A stretch of 64,000 nucleotides of DNA from an uncultured beta proteobacterium (lineage in GTDB: Bacteria > Pseudomonadota > Gammaproteobacteria > Burkholderiales > Burkholderiaceae_F), in contig CAVYNB010000041.1 of the NCBI GenBank assembly GCA_963769745.1, positions 54,603 to 118,602 of the forward strand, written 5' to 3'. Each line of letters starts with the position of its first letter. Positions within the stretch are counted from its first letter, which is position 1. Position numbers and translations under genes: made by a program. The notes below the pieces were generated by a model. The model had not been told where the DNA came from, made no database searches, and saw only the letters and a program-made list of their open reading frames with translations. This document shows positions 9,415 through 20,914 of this stretch, piece by piece.

Positions 9415-9597
9415 GGGACACCTGTGCAATTGCGAATGCGGGGCCGAGACTAAAGTACATCAATGACGCCAAAGTGAACGGGCTGAACGCCGTTACTCGG
9501 CGTTATGTTCGGGGAGGGGCCGTGGCGCTGTCAATGCGCGACCTGTGGCCCGCGTGGTCGTGGCCTCGCGATGCGCTGATATACTTCGAAATCTTGG

Positions 9598-9674
9598 AGG
9601 CGCGTAGCTCAGCTGGTTAGAGCACCACCTTGACATGGTGGGGGTCGTTGGTTCGAGTCCAATCGCGCCTACCA
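9598..9674 (+). tRNA. tRNA-Val (anticodon GAC)
   Basis: Hand-folded cloverleaf. The acceptor stem is AGGCGCG/CGCGCCT, the anticodon arm is CCACC-TTGACAT-GGTGG, the T-loop is TTCGAGT, and a CCA end is encoded. Confidence 0.9.
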
Positions 9675-9763
9675 GGCCCCATAGCAGACGAAAGGTACGG
9701 AGAAATGCTTCGAACTCGATTCACGGACGGTTGATCCCCGGGGACGAGTACGCCTTTCGACGG

Positions 9764-9792
9764 AAAAGTGCGGCTCGACCGCACTTTTTTTT
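9764..9792 (+). terminator. rho-independent terminator after tRNA-Val, immediately upstream of the thrS RBS
   Basis: AAAA-GTGCGG-CTCGA-CCGCAC-TTTTTTTT. Confidence 0.8.
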
Positions 9793-9807
9793 CGCTTGGA
9801 GATATCC

Positions 9808-11745
9808 ATGGTCTCAGTTCGATTGCCAGACGGTTCAAAGCGTTCGTTTGACGCGCCGGTGCGCGTTGCCGACGTGGCGGCATCCATCGGTCCGGGCCTT
9901 GCAAAGGCGGCGCTCGCGGGCCGCGTCGACGGCAAGCTCGTCGATACGTCGTACCTGATCGAGCGTGACGCAGACATCGCGATCGTCACCGAGCGGGATG
10001 CCGACGGTCTCGAGGTGCTGCGCCACTCGACGGCGCACCTGCTGGCCTACGCCGTGAAGGAGCTGTTTCCGCAGGCGCAGGTCACGATCGGCCCGGTCAT
10101 CGACAACGGCTTTTACTACGACTTCTCCTTCCCGCGCGGCTTCACGCCCGAGGACCTCGAAGCCATCGAGAAGAAGATGGCCGAACTGGCGAAGAAGGAC
10201 GAGCCGGTCGTGCGCGAGGTCTGGAAGCGCGACGACGCGGTGAAGTTCTTCGAGTCGATCGGCGAGAAGTACAAGGCCGAGATCATTGCTTCGATCCCGT
10301 CGAACGAGGACATCTCGCTCTACCGTGAGGGATACTTTGTCGACCTCTGCCGCGGTCCGCACGTGCCTTCGACGGGGAAGTTGAAAGTCTTCAAGCTGAT
10401 GAAGGTCGCCGGCGCCTACTGGCGTGGCGACAGTGCCAACGAGCAGCTGCAGCGCATCTACGGCACGGCCTGGGCGAAGAAGGAAGACCAGGATGCCTAC
10501 CTGAAGATGCTCGAGGAGGCCGAGAAGCGCGATCACCGCAAGCTCGGACGCGAACTGGATCTCTTCCATTTCCAGGAAGAAGCGCCGGGCCTGATCTTCT
10601 GGCACCCGAAGGGCTGGGCGATCTGGCAGGCCGTCGAGCAGTACATGCGCGGCATCTATCGCGACAACGGCTACCAGGAGGTCAAGGCGCCGCAGATCCT
10701 CGATCGCTCACTGTGGGAAAGATCCGGGCACTGGGAAAAGTATCGCGAGAACATGTTCACGACGGAGTCGGAGAACCGGTACTACGCGCTGAAGCCCATG
10801 AACTGCCCGGGCCACATCCAGATCTACAACGCCAATCTGCATAGCTACCGCGAGCTGCCGTTGCGCTACGGCGAGTTCGGCGCCTGCCATCGCAATGAGC
10901 CGTCCGGCGCACTGCACGGGATGATGCGTGTGCGCGGTTTCACGCAGGACGACGGCCACATTTTCTGCACGGAGGAACAGATCCTCGATGAATGCGTCGC
11001 CTACACGACGCTGCTGCAGAAGGTCTACGCGAACTTCGGTTTCGAGCACATCCTCTACAAGGTCTCGACGCGGCCGGTGCAGCGCATCGGCTCGGATGAG
11101 AGCTGGGACAAGGCCGAGCACGCACTGGTGGAGAGTCTGAAGCGTTCCGGGGTGGAGTTCGCCATTTCGCCCGGCGACGGGGCGTTCTACGGGCCGAAGA
11201 TCGAGTACACGCTGAAAGATGCGATCGGCCGGGAGTGGCAGTGCGGCACGATGCAGGTCGACTTTTTCATGCCGGCGCGCCTAGGCGCCGAGTACGTGGC
11301 CGAGGACAACAGCCGCAAGACGCCCGTCATGCTGCACCGGGCCATCGTCGGCTCGCTCGAGCGGTTCATCGGCATGCTGATCGAGAATTTCGCCGGCGCC
11401 ATGCCGCCCTGGCTGGCGCCGGTTCAGGTCGCGATCGCCAATATCTCCGAAGGGCAGGCCGGTTACGCCGAGGCTGTTGCGCAAACGCTGAAAAAACAAG
11501 GATTTAGAGTTGACAGCGATTTGCGCAACGAAAAGATCACCTATAAAATCCGCCAGCTCAGCCTGCAGAAAATTCCCTATGTCCTCGTCGTCGGGGACAA
11601 GGAGAAACAATCCGGGCCAGAGGAAATGCGGGTGGCCGTGCGTGCCCGCGGCGGGGCCGATCTCGGCGTGATGCCGTTGTCGGCCTTTGCGCAACGTCTG
11701 CAGGACGACGTCGCGCAACGTCGCAACGTGGGCAGCACGGCTTGA
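9808..11745 (+). CDS. thrS: threonine--tRNA ligase
   Basis: A TGS domain (VRLPDGS...), [11 protein letters not shown], and class II motifs. The ATG at 9808 is preceded by GGAGA. Confidence 0.95.
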   Translation: MVSVRLPDGSKRSFDAPVRVADVAASIGPGLAKAALAGRVDGKLVDTSYLIERDADIAIVTERDADGLEVLRHSTAHLLAYAVKELFPQAQVTIGPVIDNGFYYDFSFPRGFTPEDLEAIEKKMAELAKKDEPVVREVWKRDDAVKFFESIGEKYKAEIIASIPSNEDISLYREGYFVDLCRGPHVPSTGKLKVFKLMKVAGAYWRGDSANEQLQRIYGTAWAKKEDQDAYLKMLEEAEKRDHRKLGRELDLFHFQEEAPGLIFWHPKGWAIWQAVEQYMRGIYRDNGYQEVKAPQILDRSLWERSGHWEKYRENMFTTESENRYYALKPMNCPGHIQIYNANLHSYRELPLRYGEFGACHRNEPSGALHGMMRVRGFTQDDGHIFCTEEQILDECVAYTTLLQKVYANFGFEHILYKVSTRPVQRIGSDESWDKAEHALVESLKRSGVEFAISPGDGAFYGPKIEYTLKDAIGREWQCGTMQVDFFMPARLGAEYVAEDNSRKTPVMLHRAIVGSLERFIGMLIENFAGAMPPWLAPVQVAIANISEGQAGYAEAVAQTLKKQGFRVDSDLRNEKITYKIRQLSLQKIPYVLVVGDKEKQSGPEEMRVAVRARGGADLGVMPLSAFAQRLQDDVAQRRNVGSTA

Positions 11746-11770
11746 TCATTGAAACCAGGAGAAGCCAACC

Positions 11771-12292
11771 ATCGCTCAGGAACGTGCGCACCGGATCAAC
11801 GGTGAAATCAGCGCCCCGGAAGTCCGCCTAACGGGTATCGAAGGCGAAGCTCTCGGAGTCGTGAAGCTGGCCGATGCATTTCGCATGGCCGAGGAAGCCC
11901 AAGTCGATCTGGTGGAAATTGCTCCCACCGCCGTGCCACCCGTCTGCAGGTTGATGGACTACGGCAAGTTCAAGTACCAGGAGCAGAAGAAAGCCCACGA
12001 GGCCAAGCTCAAGCAGAAGCAGGTGGTGGTCAAGGAAGTGAAGTTCCGACCGCAGACGGACGAGAACGACTATCTGACCAAACTGCGCAATCTGACGCGC
12101 TTCCTCGAGGAGGGTGACAAGGCCAAGATCACATTGCGCTTCCGCGGTCGTGAAATGGCCCACCAGGAATTTGGATACAAGCTCCTTGAGCGAGTGCGAG
12201 ACGACCTGGTAGCCCTGGCGCAGGTCGAGTCGATGCCTCGGCTCGAGGGACGGCAGATGGTGATGATCCTGACGCCGAAGAAGAAGAAGTAG
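11771..12292 (+). CDS. infC: translation initiation factor IF-3, non-AUG (ATC) start
   Basis: The conserved N-terminus [21 protein letters not shown] is encoded upstream of the first canonical start (GTG 11861). An in-frame stop sits at 11750-11752. The only plausible start is ATC 11771, 8 nt after AGGAGA (11757-11762). Confidence 0.85.
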   Translation: MAQERAHRINGEISAPEVRLTGIEGEALGVVKLADAFRMAEEAQVDLVEIAPTAVPPVCRLMDYGKFKYQEQKKAHEAKLKQKQVVVKEVKFRPQTDENDYLTKLRNLTRFLEEGDKAKITLRFRGREMAHQEFGYKLLERVRDDLVALAQVESMPRLEGRQMVMILTPKKKK

Positions 12293-12412
12293 TTCAGGCC
12301 CTGCTGATCCAGCAGGGTTGTGCAGCAACAGCCGCGACGCGGCTCAACAAGTGGCAACAGGCTCAAAGTCTCGCAAGAGCGCCCGACGCCATCAAAGAAA
12401 GGGACGGCCAAG

Positions 12413-12610
12413 ATGCCGAAGATGAAGACGAAAAAGAGCGCGTCAAAGCGCTTCGAGATCCGCGCAAGTGGCTCGATCAAGCGGGGACAGGCGTTCAAGC
12501 GCCACATCCTCACCAAGAAAACCACCAAGGCGAAGCGCCACCTGCGCGGCGCCGTTCAGATCAGCGATGCCGACGTCAAATCCGTGCGTCGCATGATGCC
12601 GTACGCGTAA
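12413..12610 (+). CDS. rpmI: 50S ribosomal protein L35
   Basis: [14 protein letters not shown]... (65 aa). Internal ATG of the longer track ORF. Confidence 0.95.
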   Translation: MPKMKTKKSASKRFEIRASGSIKRGQAFKRHILTKKTTKAKRHLRGAVQISDADVKSVRRMMPYA

Positions 12611-12621
12611 GGGAGACCGAC

Positions 12622-12981
12622 ATGCCTCGAGTTAAACGTGGTGTGACCGCCCGCGCGCGGCACAAAAAGGTCCTGGCCCAGGCCGCGGGGTTCACGCGCC
12701 GGCGCAATAACGTATTCCGCGTCGCCAAACAGGCGGTGATGAAGGCGGGGCAGTATGCCTACCGCGATCGTCGTACGAAGAAGCGCGTGTTCCGTTCGCT
12801 GTGGATCGCGCGGATCAATGCAGCGGTACGCGAGCACGGCATTACCTACAGCGCGTTCATCAACGGGCTCGGCAAGGCCGAGATCGGGATTGACCGCAAG
12901 GTGCTGGCCGATATGGCGGTGCTCGACAAGCCGGGCTTTGCGGCGGTCGTCGACAAGGTCAAGGCTTCGCTCGCCGCCTAA
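12622..12981 (+). CDS. rplT: 50S ribosomal protein L20
   Basis: [18 protein letters not shown]... Confidence 0.95.
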   Translation: MPRVKRGVTARARHKKVLAQAAGFTRRRNNVFRVAKQAVMKAGQYAYRDRRTKKRVFRSLWIARINAAVREHGITYSAFINGLGKAEIGIDRKVLADMAVLDKPGFAAVVDKVKASLAA

Positions 12982-13020
12982 GCGCAATTTGCCGGTCGAC
13001 TGCGATCGGCGGAATCAGGA

Positions 13021-13051
13021 ACGGGGCCTCACTGCTAGGCCCCGTTTTTTT
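13021..13051 (+). terminator. rho-independent terminator after rplT
   Basis: ACGGGGCCT-CACTGCT-AGGCCCCGT, a 9-bp stem followed by TTTTTTT. Confidence 0.85.
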
Positions 13052-13064
13052 GGCTTCATCGAAA

Positions 13065-14078
13065 ATGGATCTCGAACAACTCATAAATGAGGCGCGTGCC
13101 GCGTTCGCTGCTGCGATGCAGCCGGCGGCGCTCGAGAACGAGAAGGCGCGTTTTCTCGGCAAGTCGGGGGCCATCACCGAGAGGCTGAAGTCCCTTGCGC
13201 GGCTTTCCGCCGAGGAAAAGCGGGAGCAGGGCGCGCGCATCAATCGGGCCAAGGAGGCGATCGAAACTCTGCTCGACGAACGCCGGCAGGCACTGGCGGA
13301 TGCGCAACTCAACGAGCGCCTGGCCCAGGAAGCCATCGACGTCACGCTTCCTGGACGCGTACGCAGTGCCGGGGGAATCCATCCGGTGATCCGGACCTGG
13401 ATGCGCGTCGAGGAGATCTTTGCTTCCATTGGTTTCGATGTCGCTGACGGGCCCGAAATCGAAACCGACTGGCACAACTTCACCGCGCTCAACAGCCCGG
13501 AAAATCATCCGGCCCGTTCGATGCAGGATACGTTTTACGTCGACGCCCAGGACCGGCTGGGCAAGCCGCTGCTGTTGCGAACCCACACCAGCCCGATGCA
13601 GGTGCGCTACGCGCGCATGCACGCGCCACCGATCAAGGTCATCGCACTCGGGCGCACGTATCGTGTCGACAGCGATGCGACCCATTCGCCCATGTTCCAG
13701 CAGGTCGAGGGACTCTGGATCGACGAGAACGTGACCTTTGCCGACCTCAAGGCGGTCTACACCGACTTCCTGCGGTGCTTCTTCGAGACCGACGACCTGG
13801 CCGTGCGCTTTCGCCCGTCCTACTTCCCGTTCACCGAGCCGTCGGCCGAGATCGACATGATGTTCACCAGCGGGCCACGCAAGGGCAACTGGCTCGAGAT
13901 CTCGGGTTCGGGCCAGGTGCACCCGACGGTGGTGCGCAATTTCGGCCTCGATCCCGAAAAGTACATCGGCTTCGCGTTCGGGTCCGGGCTCGAGCGACTG
14001 GCCATGTTGCGCTACGGAGTCGACGATCTGCGGATTTTCTTCGAAGGTGACCTCCGCTTTCTGCGGCAGTTCAACTGA
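13065..14078 (+). CDS. pheS: phenylalanine--tRNA ligase alpha subunit
   Basis: HPVIRTW..., [20 protein letters not shown], and class II motifs. The ATG at 13065 was chosen because the TTG at 13050 lies inside the terminator T-run. Confidence 0.92.
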   Translation: MDLEQLINEARAAFAAAMQPAALENEKARFLGKSGAITERLKSLARLSAEEKREQGARINRAKEAIETLLDERRQALADAQLNERLAQEAIDVTLPGRVRSAGGIHPVIRTWMRVEEIFASIGFDVADGPEIETDWHNFTALNSPENHPARSMQDTFYVDAQDRLGKPLLLRTHTSPMQVRYARMHAPPIKVIALGRTYRVDSDATHSPMFQQVEGLWIDENVTFADLKAVYTDFLRCFFETDDLAVRFRPSYFPFTEPSAEIDMMFTSGPRKGNWLEISGSGQVHPTVVRNFGLDPEKYIGFAFGSGLERLAMLRYGVDDLRIFFEGDLRFLRQFN

Positions 14079-14084
14079 CACGCG

Positions 14085-16523
14085 ATGGACATCTCGGAAA
14101 AGTGGCTGCGGTGCTACGCGGACCCGTCGATCGACGGTGCAACGCTCGCCGATGAACTCACCATGGCAGGCCTGGAGGTCGAAGACCGCCGGCCTGTCGC
14201 CCCGCCGTTCAGCGGAGTGGTCGTCGGCCGGGTGCGCACGGTCGACCGGCACCCGAATGCTGACAAGCTGACCGTCTGCGAAGTGGATGTCGGACAGGCA
14301 GCACCGCTGACCATCGTATGCGGTGCCCCCAACGTTGCGCCTGGAATCCGGGTGCCGTGTGCGCTGCCGGGTGCCGTCTTGCCGGGGGAGTTCAGCATCA
14401 AGGCAACGACGATGCGCGGAGTCGAATCGCAGGGCATGCTGTGCTCGGCTCGTGAACTCGGACTTTCCGATGAACATGCGGGCTTGCTGCTGCTGGCCAA
14501 CGACGCCGAGCCGGGACGCAACGTGCGCGACGTGCTTGACCTCGACGACCAGATCCTGACGATCAAGTTGACGCCGAACCGCGCAGACTGCCTCAGCGTC
14601 GTCGGTGTTGCGCGCGAGGTTGCCGCGATCACCGGAGCCGAACTGACGTTGCCCACCATCCGGCCGGTCGCGCCTGTGCTGGACGATGGACTGCACATCT
14701 CAGTGGAAGCGGCCGACCTGTGCGGACGATTTTCCGGACGCGTAATCCGCGGCGTTGATGCCCATGCGGCCACGCCGGAGTGGATGAAGCAGAGACTGCT
14801 GCGCAGCGGCCAGCGACCGATCTCGGCACTGGTCGACATCTCGAACTACGTGATGCTGGAACTAGGACGCCCGTCGCATGTGTTCGACCTCGACAAGGTG
14901 AAGGGTCGGCTTTGCGTACGCTGGGGCCGCCCTGGCGAAACCGTTGAACTGCTGAATGGGCAGACCGTGACGGTCGATGGCGGAGTCGGCGTCATTGCAG
15001 ACGACAACGGCGTCGAGGCACTGGCGGGGATCATGGGTGGAGAGGGCACGGCCGTCTCGCTCGACACACGCAACATCTACGTCGAGGCGGCCTTCTGGTG
15101 GCCGGATGCCATCCGCGGACGCGCCCGTCGTTTCAATTTTTCCACCGATGCGGCGCATCGCTTTGAACGTGGCGTCGACTACGCGACCACCACCGACCAC
15201 GTCGAATACATCACCCGCCTGATCCTCGATGTGTGCGGCGGGCAACCCGGTCCGATTGACGACACGATCGTCGGGTTGCCGCAACGCGCGCCGGTCAGCA
15301 TGCGCGTGGAGCGATGCCGCAAGGTGCTTGGCATCGCGCTCGGGGCCGACGACATGGCCAACGTGTTCGAGCGCCTGCGCCTGCCCTACCACCGCTCGGA
15401 GGCCGCGTTCATCGTGACACCGCCGAGCTACCGGTTCGATCTGGAAACCGAGGAGGACCTGATCGAGGAGGTGGCGCGGTTGTACGGCTACGCGCGCATT
15501 CCGGCGCATGCGCCGCTCGCGCCGGCGCGCATGCGCGCGCGCCCCGAAACGCGGCGATCGCCGCATGCGGTTCGCGCGCTTCTCGCCCAGCTCGGCTACC
15601 AGGAACTCGTCAATTACTCGTTCGTCGATGCCCGCTGGGAACGTGACTTCGCTGCGAACGACCAGCCCATCGCCGTGCTCAACCCGATCTCGGCGCAGAT
15701 GTCGGTGATGCGCAGTTCACTGCTTGGTGGGCTGGTGTCCGTGCTTGGCTACAACCTGAACCGCAAGGCGGGACGCGTCCGGGTCTTCGAGATCGGGCGC
15801 GTGTTCAGGCGAGACCCACAAGTCGTCGACGGGCCGCTGGAAGTGCAGGGGATTGCCCAGCCCACCTGTGTCGCCGGGCTTGCGTATGGAACGGCTGACG
15901 ACGATCAGTGGGCGAGCCCGTCGCGCGACGTCGATTACTTCGACATAAAGGGAGACGTGGAGCGCCTGTTCGCTCCCGGCGTCATCCGCGTCGAACCGGC
16001 AGTCCATCCTGCGCTGCATCCGGGACGCAGTGCGCGCATCGAGTTCGACGGGCGTGAGGTCGGCTTTCTCGGTGAACTCCATCCACGTCTGCAGCAGGCC
16101 TACGAACTGCCGAAGGGCGCAGTGGTCTTCCAGGTCGAGCTTGAACCGTTGCTCGCGCGCGAGCTTCCCATCGTGCGCGACATTCCGAAGTTCCAGCCGC
16201 TGCAGCGCGACATCGCCTTTATCGTCAACGAGTCCGTCAATTACGCCTCGATCGAAGGCGCAATCGACAAGCTGTCGCGCGCGGATGGCCGATTGTCGGC
16301 TCTGGCGGAAGTCCGACTGTTCGACGTGTATCGTCCCCGGTCAACTTCGGAACCCGCCGCAGTAGTGGGCGCTAACGCATTGTTAAATAAAGAAAAAAGC
16401 CTTGCTATCCGGATTGTTCTGCAAGATACTGAAAAGCCGCTGAGCGATACTGATGCCGATGCAGCGGTCACCGCAGTCGTCGAGGAACTGGCCCGGCGGT
16501 TCGGCGCCCGTCTACGACAGTGA
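14085..16523 (+). CDS. pheT: phenylalanine--tRNA ligase beta subunit
   Basis: 812 aa, with a tRNA-binding domain ([20 protein letters not shown]), B3/4, B5 and FDX-ACB domains. Confidence 0.95.
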   Translation: MDISEKWLRCYADPSIDGATLADELTMAGLEVEDRRPVAPPFSGVVVGRVRTVDRHPNADKLTVCEVDVGQAAPLTIVCGAPNVAPGIRVPCALPGAVLPGEFSIKATTMRGVESQGMLCSARELGLSDEHAGLLLLANDAEPGRNVRDVLDLDDQILTIKLTPNRADCLSVVGVAREVAAITGAELTLPTIRPVAPVLDDGLHISVEAADLCGRFSGRVIRGVDAHAATPEWMKQRLLRSGQRPISALVDISNYVMLELGRPSHVFDLDKVKGRLCVRWGRPGETVELLNGQTVTVDGGVGVIADDNGVEALAGIMGGEGTAVSLDTRNIYVEAAFWWPDAIRGRARRFNFSTDAAHRFERGVDYATTTDHVEYITRLILDVCGGQPGPIDDTIVGLPQRAPVSMRVERCRKVLGIALGADDMANVFERLRLPYHRSEAAFIVTPPSYRFDLETEEDLIEEVARLYGYARIPAHAPLAPARMRARPETRRSPHAVRALLAQLGYQELVNYSFVDARWERDFAANDQPIAVLNPISAQMSVMRSSLLGGLVSVLGYNLNRKAGRVRVFEIGRVFRRDPQVVDGPLEVQGIAQPTCVAGLAYGTADDDQWASPSRDVDYFDIKGDVERLFAPGVIRVEPAVHPALHPGRSARIEFDGREVGFLGELHPRLQQAYELPKGAVVFQVELEPLLARELPIVRDIPKFQPLQRDIAFIVNESVNYASIEGAIDKLSRADGRLSALAEVRLFDVYRPRSTSEPAAVVGANALLNKEKSLAIRIVLQDTEKPLSDTDADAAVTAVVEELARRFGARLRQ

Positions 16524-16915
16524 AAACGATGCGAGACGATTCCCAGATGACGACGGGCTTCAAGTTTCCCGAGTTGCCGCCTGCCACGGCAGGTAACCAC
16601 GCGAGCGATCGCGGGGCCAAGACGATGACCAAGGCCGAACTGGCCGAAGCCCTCTTCGATCGGCTGGGGCTGAACAAGCGCGAAGCCAAGGACATGGTGG
16701 ACGGGTTCTTCGACGAGATCCGGCAGGCGCTCGAGCGAGGGGAATCCGTGAAGCTTTCCGGGTTCGGCAACTTTCAATTGCGCGACAAACCGACGCGACC
16801 GGGCCGCAATCCGAAGACCGGCGAAGAAATCGCCATCACGGCGCGTCGCGTTGTGACCTTCCATGCCAGCCAGAAGCTGAAAGCGGCGGTGGCCCGTATC
16901 GCGGGTTCCCATTAG
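16520..16915 (+). CDS. ihfA: integration host factor alpha subunit (start uncertain: GTG 16520, ATG 16529/16547, or ATG 16625)
   Basis: The core [67 protein letters not shown] begins at 16625. N-terminal extensions occur in betaproteobacterial IhfA. Confidence 0.9.
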   Translation: MKTMRDDSQMTTGFKFPELPPATAGNHASDRGAKTMTKAELAEALFDRLGLNKREAKDMVDGFFDEIRQALERGESVKLSGFGNFQLRDKPTRPGRNPKTGEEIAITARRVVTFHASQKLKAAVARIAGSH

Positions 16916-16961
16916 GGCCGCGAGCGTGCCGGGCTGAGCAGCGGACTTCCCGACCAGCGCG

Positions 16962-17342
16962 ATGCAACGCCACGAGACATCGCAACTGCTGCCGCCGATT
17001 CCGGCGAAGCGCTACTTCACGATTGGAGAAGTGAGCGAGTTGTGCGGGGTCAAGCCCCATGTGCTGCGCTACTGGGAGCAGGAGTTCACGCAGCTGCGGC
17101 CCGTCAAGCGGCGCGGCAACCGGCGCTACTACCAGCACCATGAAGTCCTGCTGATCCGTCGCATCCGCGAACTGCTGTACGAGCAGGGCTTCACGATCAG
17201 TGGCGCGCGCAACCGCCTGGAAGAAGGTGAACGCCCCTCGCGGCACGATGGCAAGAATGGCAATGGCTCGCAGATTCCACTCGACGCGGTCGATCTGCGC
17301 GACGAACTTGCGGCCATCCGCAAGCTGCTATCCGGCAACTGA
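16962..17342 (+). CDS. MerR-family transcriptional regulator (conserved partner downstream of ihfA)
   Basis: HTH motif YFTIGEVSELCGVKPHVLRYWEQEF...RRYY. Confidence 0.85.
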   Translation: MQRHETSQLLPPIPAKRYFTIGEVSELCGVKPHVLRYWEQEFTQLRPVKRRGNRRYYQHHEVLLIRRIRELLYEQGFTISGARNRLEEGERPSRHDGKNGNGSQIPLDAVDLRDELAAIRKLLSGN

Positions 17343-17377
17343 TCGCGTCATTTCCGGGGACAGGGCGCAGTCGCGGC

Positions 17378-17383
17378 TATAAT
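17378..17383 (+). promoter_or_regulatory. candidate -10 box (TATAAT) for tRNA-Pro with a GC-rich discriminator
   Basis: A perfect TATAAT lies 9 nt upstream of the mature tRNA 5' end, followed by CCGCTCC. No good -35 box was found. Confidence 0.4.
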
Positions 17384-17390
17384 CCGCTCC

Positions 17391-17469
<79 letters not shown>

Positions 17470-17482
17470 CTGCTTGCCGAGG

Positions 17483-17520
17483 TAGCCGGCGCGAGACCGC
17501 GACCGGCTATTTCTTTGTCT
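17483..17520 (+). terminator. rho-independent terminator after tRNA-Pro
   Basis: TAGCCGGCGCG-AGAC-CGCG(A)CCGGCTA, an 11-bp stem with one bulged A, followed by TTTCTTTGTCT. Confidence 0.75.
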
Positions 17521-17524
17521 CCTT

Positions 17525-18271
17525 ATGCGCATCCTGGTTTCCAACGACGATGGCTATCTGGCTCCCGGCCTCGCTGCGCTGGCTGCGGCGATGCGACCGT
17601 TCGGAAACGTCACTGTCGTCGCGCCCGAGCAGAACAGCAGCGGCGCGAGTAACTCCCTGACCTTGTCACGGCCCCTCACGGTCAGCACGGCGTCCAATGG
17701 AGTCACCTACATCAATGGCACTCCCAGCGACTGCGTACATATTGCCCTGACGGGACTGCTCGACGAACGACCGGATCTGATCGTTTCCGGCATCAATAAC
17801 GGTCAGAACATGGGTGACGACACGATCTACTCGGGCACGGTTGCAGCCGCGATGGAGGGCTACCTCTTCGGCATCCCGGCGATGGCGTTCTCGCTGGTGG
17901 ACAAGGGCTATGCGCACCTGGACGCTGCGGCCGAGATGGCGGCTGAAGTCGTTCGTCGTCACATTCAGCAACCCTTGCCCGGCGCCTTCCTTCTGAACGT
18001 GAACCTGCCGAATCGGCCAGTGGCCGAAATCCGCGGAATCGTCGCAACCCGTTTGGGCAAGCGCCACCCTTCGGAACCGGTGGTGCGCACCGTCAACCCC
18101 CGCGGCGAACCGATCTACTGGATCGGTCCGGCCGGAGGTGCCAAGGAAGGCGGGCCTGGGACCGACTTCCATGCGACGTCCGCCGGCTACGTGTCGGTAA
18201 CGCCGCTGCAGATCGACCTGACTCACGACGACCAGCTGGACGGTGTGCGTGCCTGGCTGGAGCGAGCCTGA
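17525..18271 (+). CDS. surE: 5'/3'-nucleotidase SurE
   Basis: [16 protein letters not shown]...SGASNSLT... Confidence 0.95.
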   Translation: MRILVSNDDGYLAPGLAALAAAMRPFGNVTVVAPEQNSSGASNSLTLSRPLTVSTASNGVTYINGTPSDCVHIALTGLLDERPDLIVSGINNGQNMGDDTIYSGTVAAAMEGYLFGIPAMAFSLVDKGYAHLDAAAEMAAEVVRRHIQQPLPGAFLLNVNLPNRPVAEIRGIVATRLGKRHPSEPVVRTVNPRGEPIYWIGPAGGAKEGGPGTDFHATSAGYVSVTPLQIDLTHDDQLDGVRAWLERA

Positions 18272-18272
18272 A

Positions 18273-18965
18273 ATGCGTCGACCTGCATCGCCGGCAAGCG
18301 AGGCATCACAGGCGCACGCCGGCCTGGCGTCGGCCAAGGTACGCGATCGCATGGTCGAACGGGTGCGGGAGCTTGGCGTGCGCGACAGCCGTGTGCTGGA
18401 TGCGATGCGGGCGGTGCCGAGGCATCTGTTCGTCGACGAAGCACTTGCGAGCCGCGCCTATGAAGACACCCCGCTGCCGATCGGACACGGCCAGACGATT
18501 TCACAGCCCTATATCGTCGCTCGCACGATCGAACTGGCGCTCGAAGGCATTGCGGATCCCCGGCACGCACGTGTGCTCGAGATAGGCACGGGCTGCGGAT
18601 ATGCCGCGGCGGTGCTGGCCCAGCTGGTCGGGGAGGTCGTCAGCATCGAGCGGGTCCGCGCGCTGCACGAGCGAGCGCGTGACAACCTTCGTGCGTTGCG
18701 CCTGCCGAACCTCCGGCTGGTCTTCGGAGATGGCTCGCGCGGGGTGGAGCAGGGTGCACCCTACGATGCGATCGTCGCTGCAGCCGCAGGGGATGCGATA
18801 CCGTCCGCCTGGGTCGAGCAGCTGAAACCCGGCGGGCGCATCGTCGCGCCGGTCGGCGCGGGCGAGCAGCAACTCATCGTGGCGCAGAAGGACGAAAGCG
18901 GGAATCTGGTTCGCAGCGGCAAGGAGGCGGTCCGCTTCGTGCCGTTGCGCGGTGGTGTGGCTTAG
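18273..18965 (+). CDS. pcm: protein-L-isoaspartate O-methyltransferase
   Basis: VPRHLFV...[11 protein letters not shown]...[10 protein letters not shown]. The ATG at 18273 lies 1 nt after the surE stop. Confidence 0.92.
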   Translation: MRRPASPASEASQAHAGLASAKVRDRMVERVRELGVRDSRVLDAMRAVPRHLFVDEALASRAYEDTPLPIGHGQTISQPYIVARTIELALEGIADPRHARVLEIGTGCGYAAAVLAQLVGEVVSIERVRALHERARDNLRALRLPNLRLVFGDGSRGVEQGAPYDAIVAAAAGDAIPSAWVEQLKPGGRIVAPVGAGEQQLIVAQKDESGNLVRSGKEAVRFVPLRGGVA

Positions 18966-18975
18966 GAGGTAACGG

Positions 18976-19887
18976 ATGAGGCGGTGGGTCGGTGGGTGTG
19001 TTTTCTTCGGCATCGCTTTGATGCTGGCAGCGTGCGGAACTCAGCGTCCGGCTCCTGTGGTCGATCGCTCCGGTGCGACGGGTGTTCGCCCCGATGCGGC
19101 TGCCGGAACATCGGTGCCGCCGGCTCAGCGCGTTGCCAAGGAAGGCATCTACACGGTACAGCGCGGCGACACCCTTTACAGCATCGCGACGTCGTTCGGT
19201 GTTGACGTCCGGGAGCTTGCGCGCTGGAACAACCTGGGTGATGCGGCGTCACTGTCGGTCGGCCAGACGTTGCGAGTCACTGCACCGCCGGCCAGCGCGG
19301 CAACCGTCACCCCGGTGGCGCCGGTGGGGACCGCCGAGGTCCGGCCCCTGCCGGGAGCCGATGCATCGCCACCGGCCGCAACAGCGCCCGGCGCAACGTT
19401 GCCACCGGCCGCGCCGATCCTGCCAGCGATGCCATCGACGCCTTCGCCGCAGCCTCCGCCCGTGGTGCCCGGCGCCGCGACCGTGCCGCCGGAGACCGCC
19501 AAGCCGGTGCCGCTTGAAAGCTCAGTGCAGTGGCTGTGGCCGGCGCCCGGAAAGGTGATCGAGAATTTCGACGAGACGCGCAACAAGGGCCTTGATATCG
19601 CCGGCAATGATGGCGATCCGGTCCATGCAGCCGGCGACGGGGAAGTCGTCTACGTCGGCAGTGCGTTGCGCGGCTACGGCAACCTGGTCATCGTCAAGCA
19701 CAACGACGAGTTCATTTCCGCGTACGCGCACAACCGCCAGATCCTCGTCAAGCAGGGGCAGGCGGTGAAGCGCGGCCAGCGCATTGCCGAGTTCGGCCGC
19801 AGCGATGCGGACCGGGTCAAGCTTCACTTCGAGATTCGGCGTCACGGCAAGCCGGTCGATCCGCTGCGCTATCTGCCGGTGCGCTGA
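18976..19887 (+). CDS. nlpD: lipoprotein NlpD (LysM plus degenerate LytM/M23 domain)
   Basis: Lipobox LMLAAC, a LysM domain (YTVQRGDTLYSIA...), a Pro/Ala linker and an M23 domain. The metal ligands are replaced (NKGLDIAG, KLHFEI), as in amidase-activator NlpD. Confidence 0.9.
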   Translation: MRRWVGGCVFFGIALMLAACGTQRPAPVVDRSGATGVRPDAAAGTSVPPAQRVAKEGIYTVQRGDTLYSIATSFGVDVRELARWNNLGDAASLSVGQTLRVTAPPASAATVTPVAPVGTAEVRPLPGADASPPAATAPGATLPPAAPILPAMPSTPSPQPPPVVPGAATVPPETAKPVPLESSVQWLWPAPGKVIENFDETRNKGLDIAGNDGDPVHAAGDGEVVYVGSALRGYGNLVIVKHNDEFISAYAHNRQILVKQGQAVKRGQRIAEFGRSDADRVKLHFEIRRHGKPVDPLRYLPVR

Positions 19888-19893
19888 ACAGCC

Positions 19894-20886
19894 ATGTCCG
19901 GTATCCGCGAGATTCCAGACACGCCGCCCGGCGAGCCGGACGACGCGAACGCCCCGGAGCGCAGCGCCCTCGAGCAGGACGCGTCCGGCGAAAGCGAGGA
20001 GTTCGCTCGAGCTCTGAACGGTGTGGAAGCCGAAGCTTCCGACGACGACTATGAGCCCGACAACGTGCAGCGCTACCTTGCGGACATCGGAACCCATCCA
20101 CTGATGTCGGCTGAAGAAGAGCGTGCCACGGCGGAGCGCGCGCGGGCGGGCGACTTCGCAGCACGGCAGCAGATGATCGAGCGCAATCTCCGGCTCGTCG
20201 TGTCGATCGCAAAGCGCTATGCACATCGTGGCCTGCCTTTGCTCGACCTGATCGAGGAAGGCAATCTCGGATTGATCCATGCGCTGGAGAAGTTCGAGCC
20301 CGAGCGGGGTTTCCGCTTCTCGACCTACGCGACGTGGTGGATCCGGCAGGCGGTCGAGCGTGCGGTCATGAACCAGGCCCGCACGATCCGTCTGCCGGTT
20401 CATGTACTGCGCGAACTGAGGCACATGACCTATGCAAGGCGTCACCTGGAGGCGGAATCCGAGTCCGGCGCCGAAATCCGGGTCGAAGACATCGCACACC
20501 TGACAGGCCGGCCGGTCGAGGTCGTCCACGATGTGCTGCAACTCGGCGCCTGGCCGGCCTCACTGGATGCGCCGCTCGATGCCGATCCGGACTCCACGCT
20601 GGGCGACCTGCTGTCCGACGTTGCGTCCGAGGTGCCCGAGACGACGGCGACGCGGCACGAACTGGAGCGGCGCGTGCACGTCTGGCTGGAGCGCCTCGAC
20701 GAGCGGCATCGCCACGTGATCGAGCGCCGCTTTGCCCTGGAGCACCAGTCCTACGCAACGCTCGATGAACTCGCGGACGAACTGGGCTTGACGCGCGAGC
20801 GCGTGCGGCAGATGCAGCTCGAGGCCTTGAAGCAATTGCGCCAGACTCTCGCCGCCGAGCACGTGGGTCGCGACGCGGTGCTGTAG
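19894..20886 (+). CDS. rpoS: RNA polymerase sigma factor RpoS
   Basis: Sigma-70 regions 1.2-4 (YLADIG..., [53 protein letters not shown]). It sits in the canonical surE-pcm-nlpD-rpoS context. Confidence 0.9.
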   Translation: MSGIREIPDTPPGEPDDANAPERSALEQDASGESEEFARALNGVEAEASDDDYEPDNVQRYLADIGTHPLMSAEEERATAERARAGDFAARQQMIERNLRLVVSIAKRYAHRGLPLLDLIEEGNLGLIHALEKFEPERGFRFSTYATWWIRQAVERAVMNQARTIRLPVHVLRELRHMTYARRHLEAESESGAEIRVEDIAHLTGRPVEVVHDVLQLGAWPASLDAPLDADPDSTLGDLLSDVASEVPETTATRHELERRVHVWLERLDERHRHVIERRFALEHQSYATLDELADELGLTRERVRQMQLEALKQLRQTLAAEHVGRDAVL

Positions 20887-20914
20887 GCGGCAACGTCGCG
20901 ATGCCCTTCCGTTG

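Noticed and set aside
9487-9505. Hairpin AACGCCG-TTACT-CGGCGTT between olsB and tRNA-Val.
   Set aside because: It has no U-tract and is not positioned after any gene end on either strand. There is insufficient evidence for a terminator or regulatory role.
9675-9807. A thrS autoregulatory operator (tRNA-Thr anticodon-arm mimic) or T-box in the tRNA-Val-thrS spacer.
   Set aside because: The only strong structure is a canonical terminator hairpin. Its loop (CTCGA) has no Thr anticodon-like sequence, and no T-box specifier or antiterminator features are seen.
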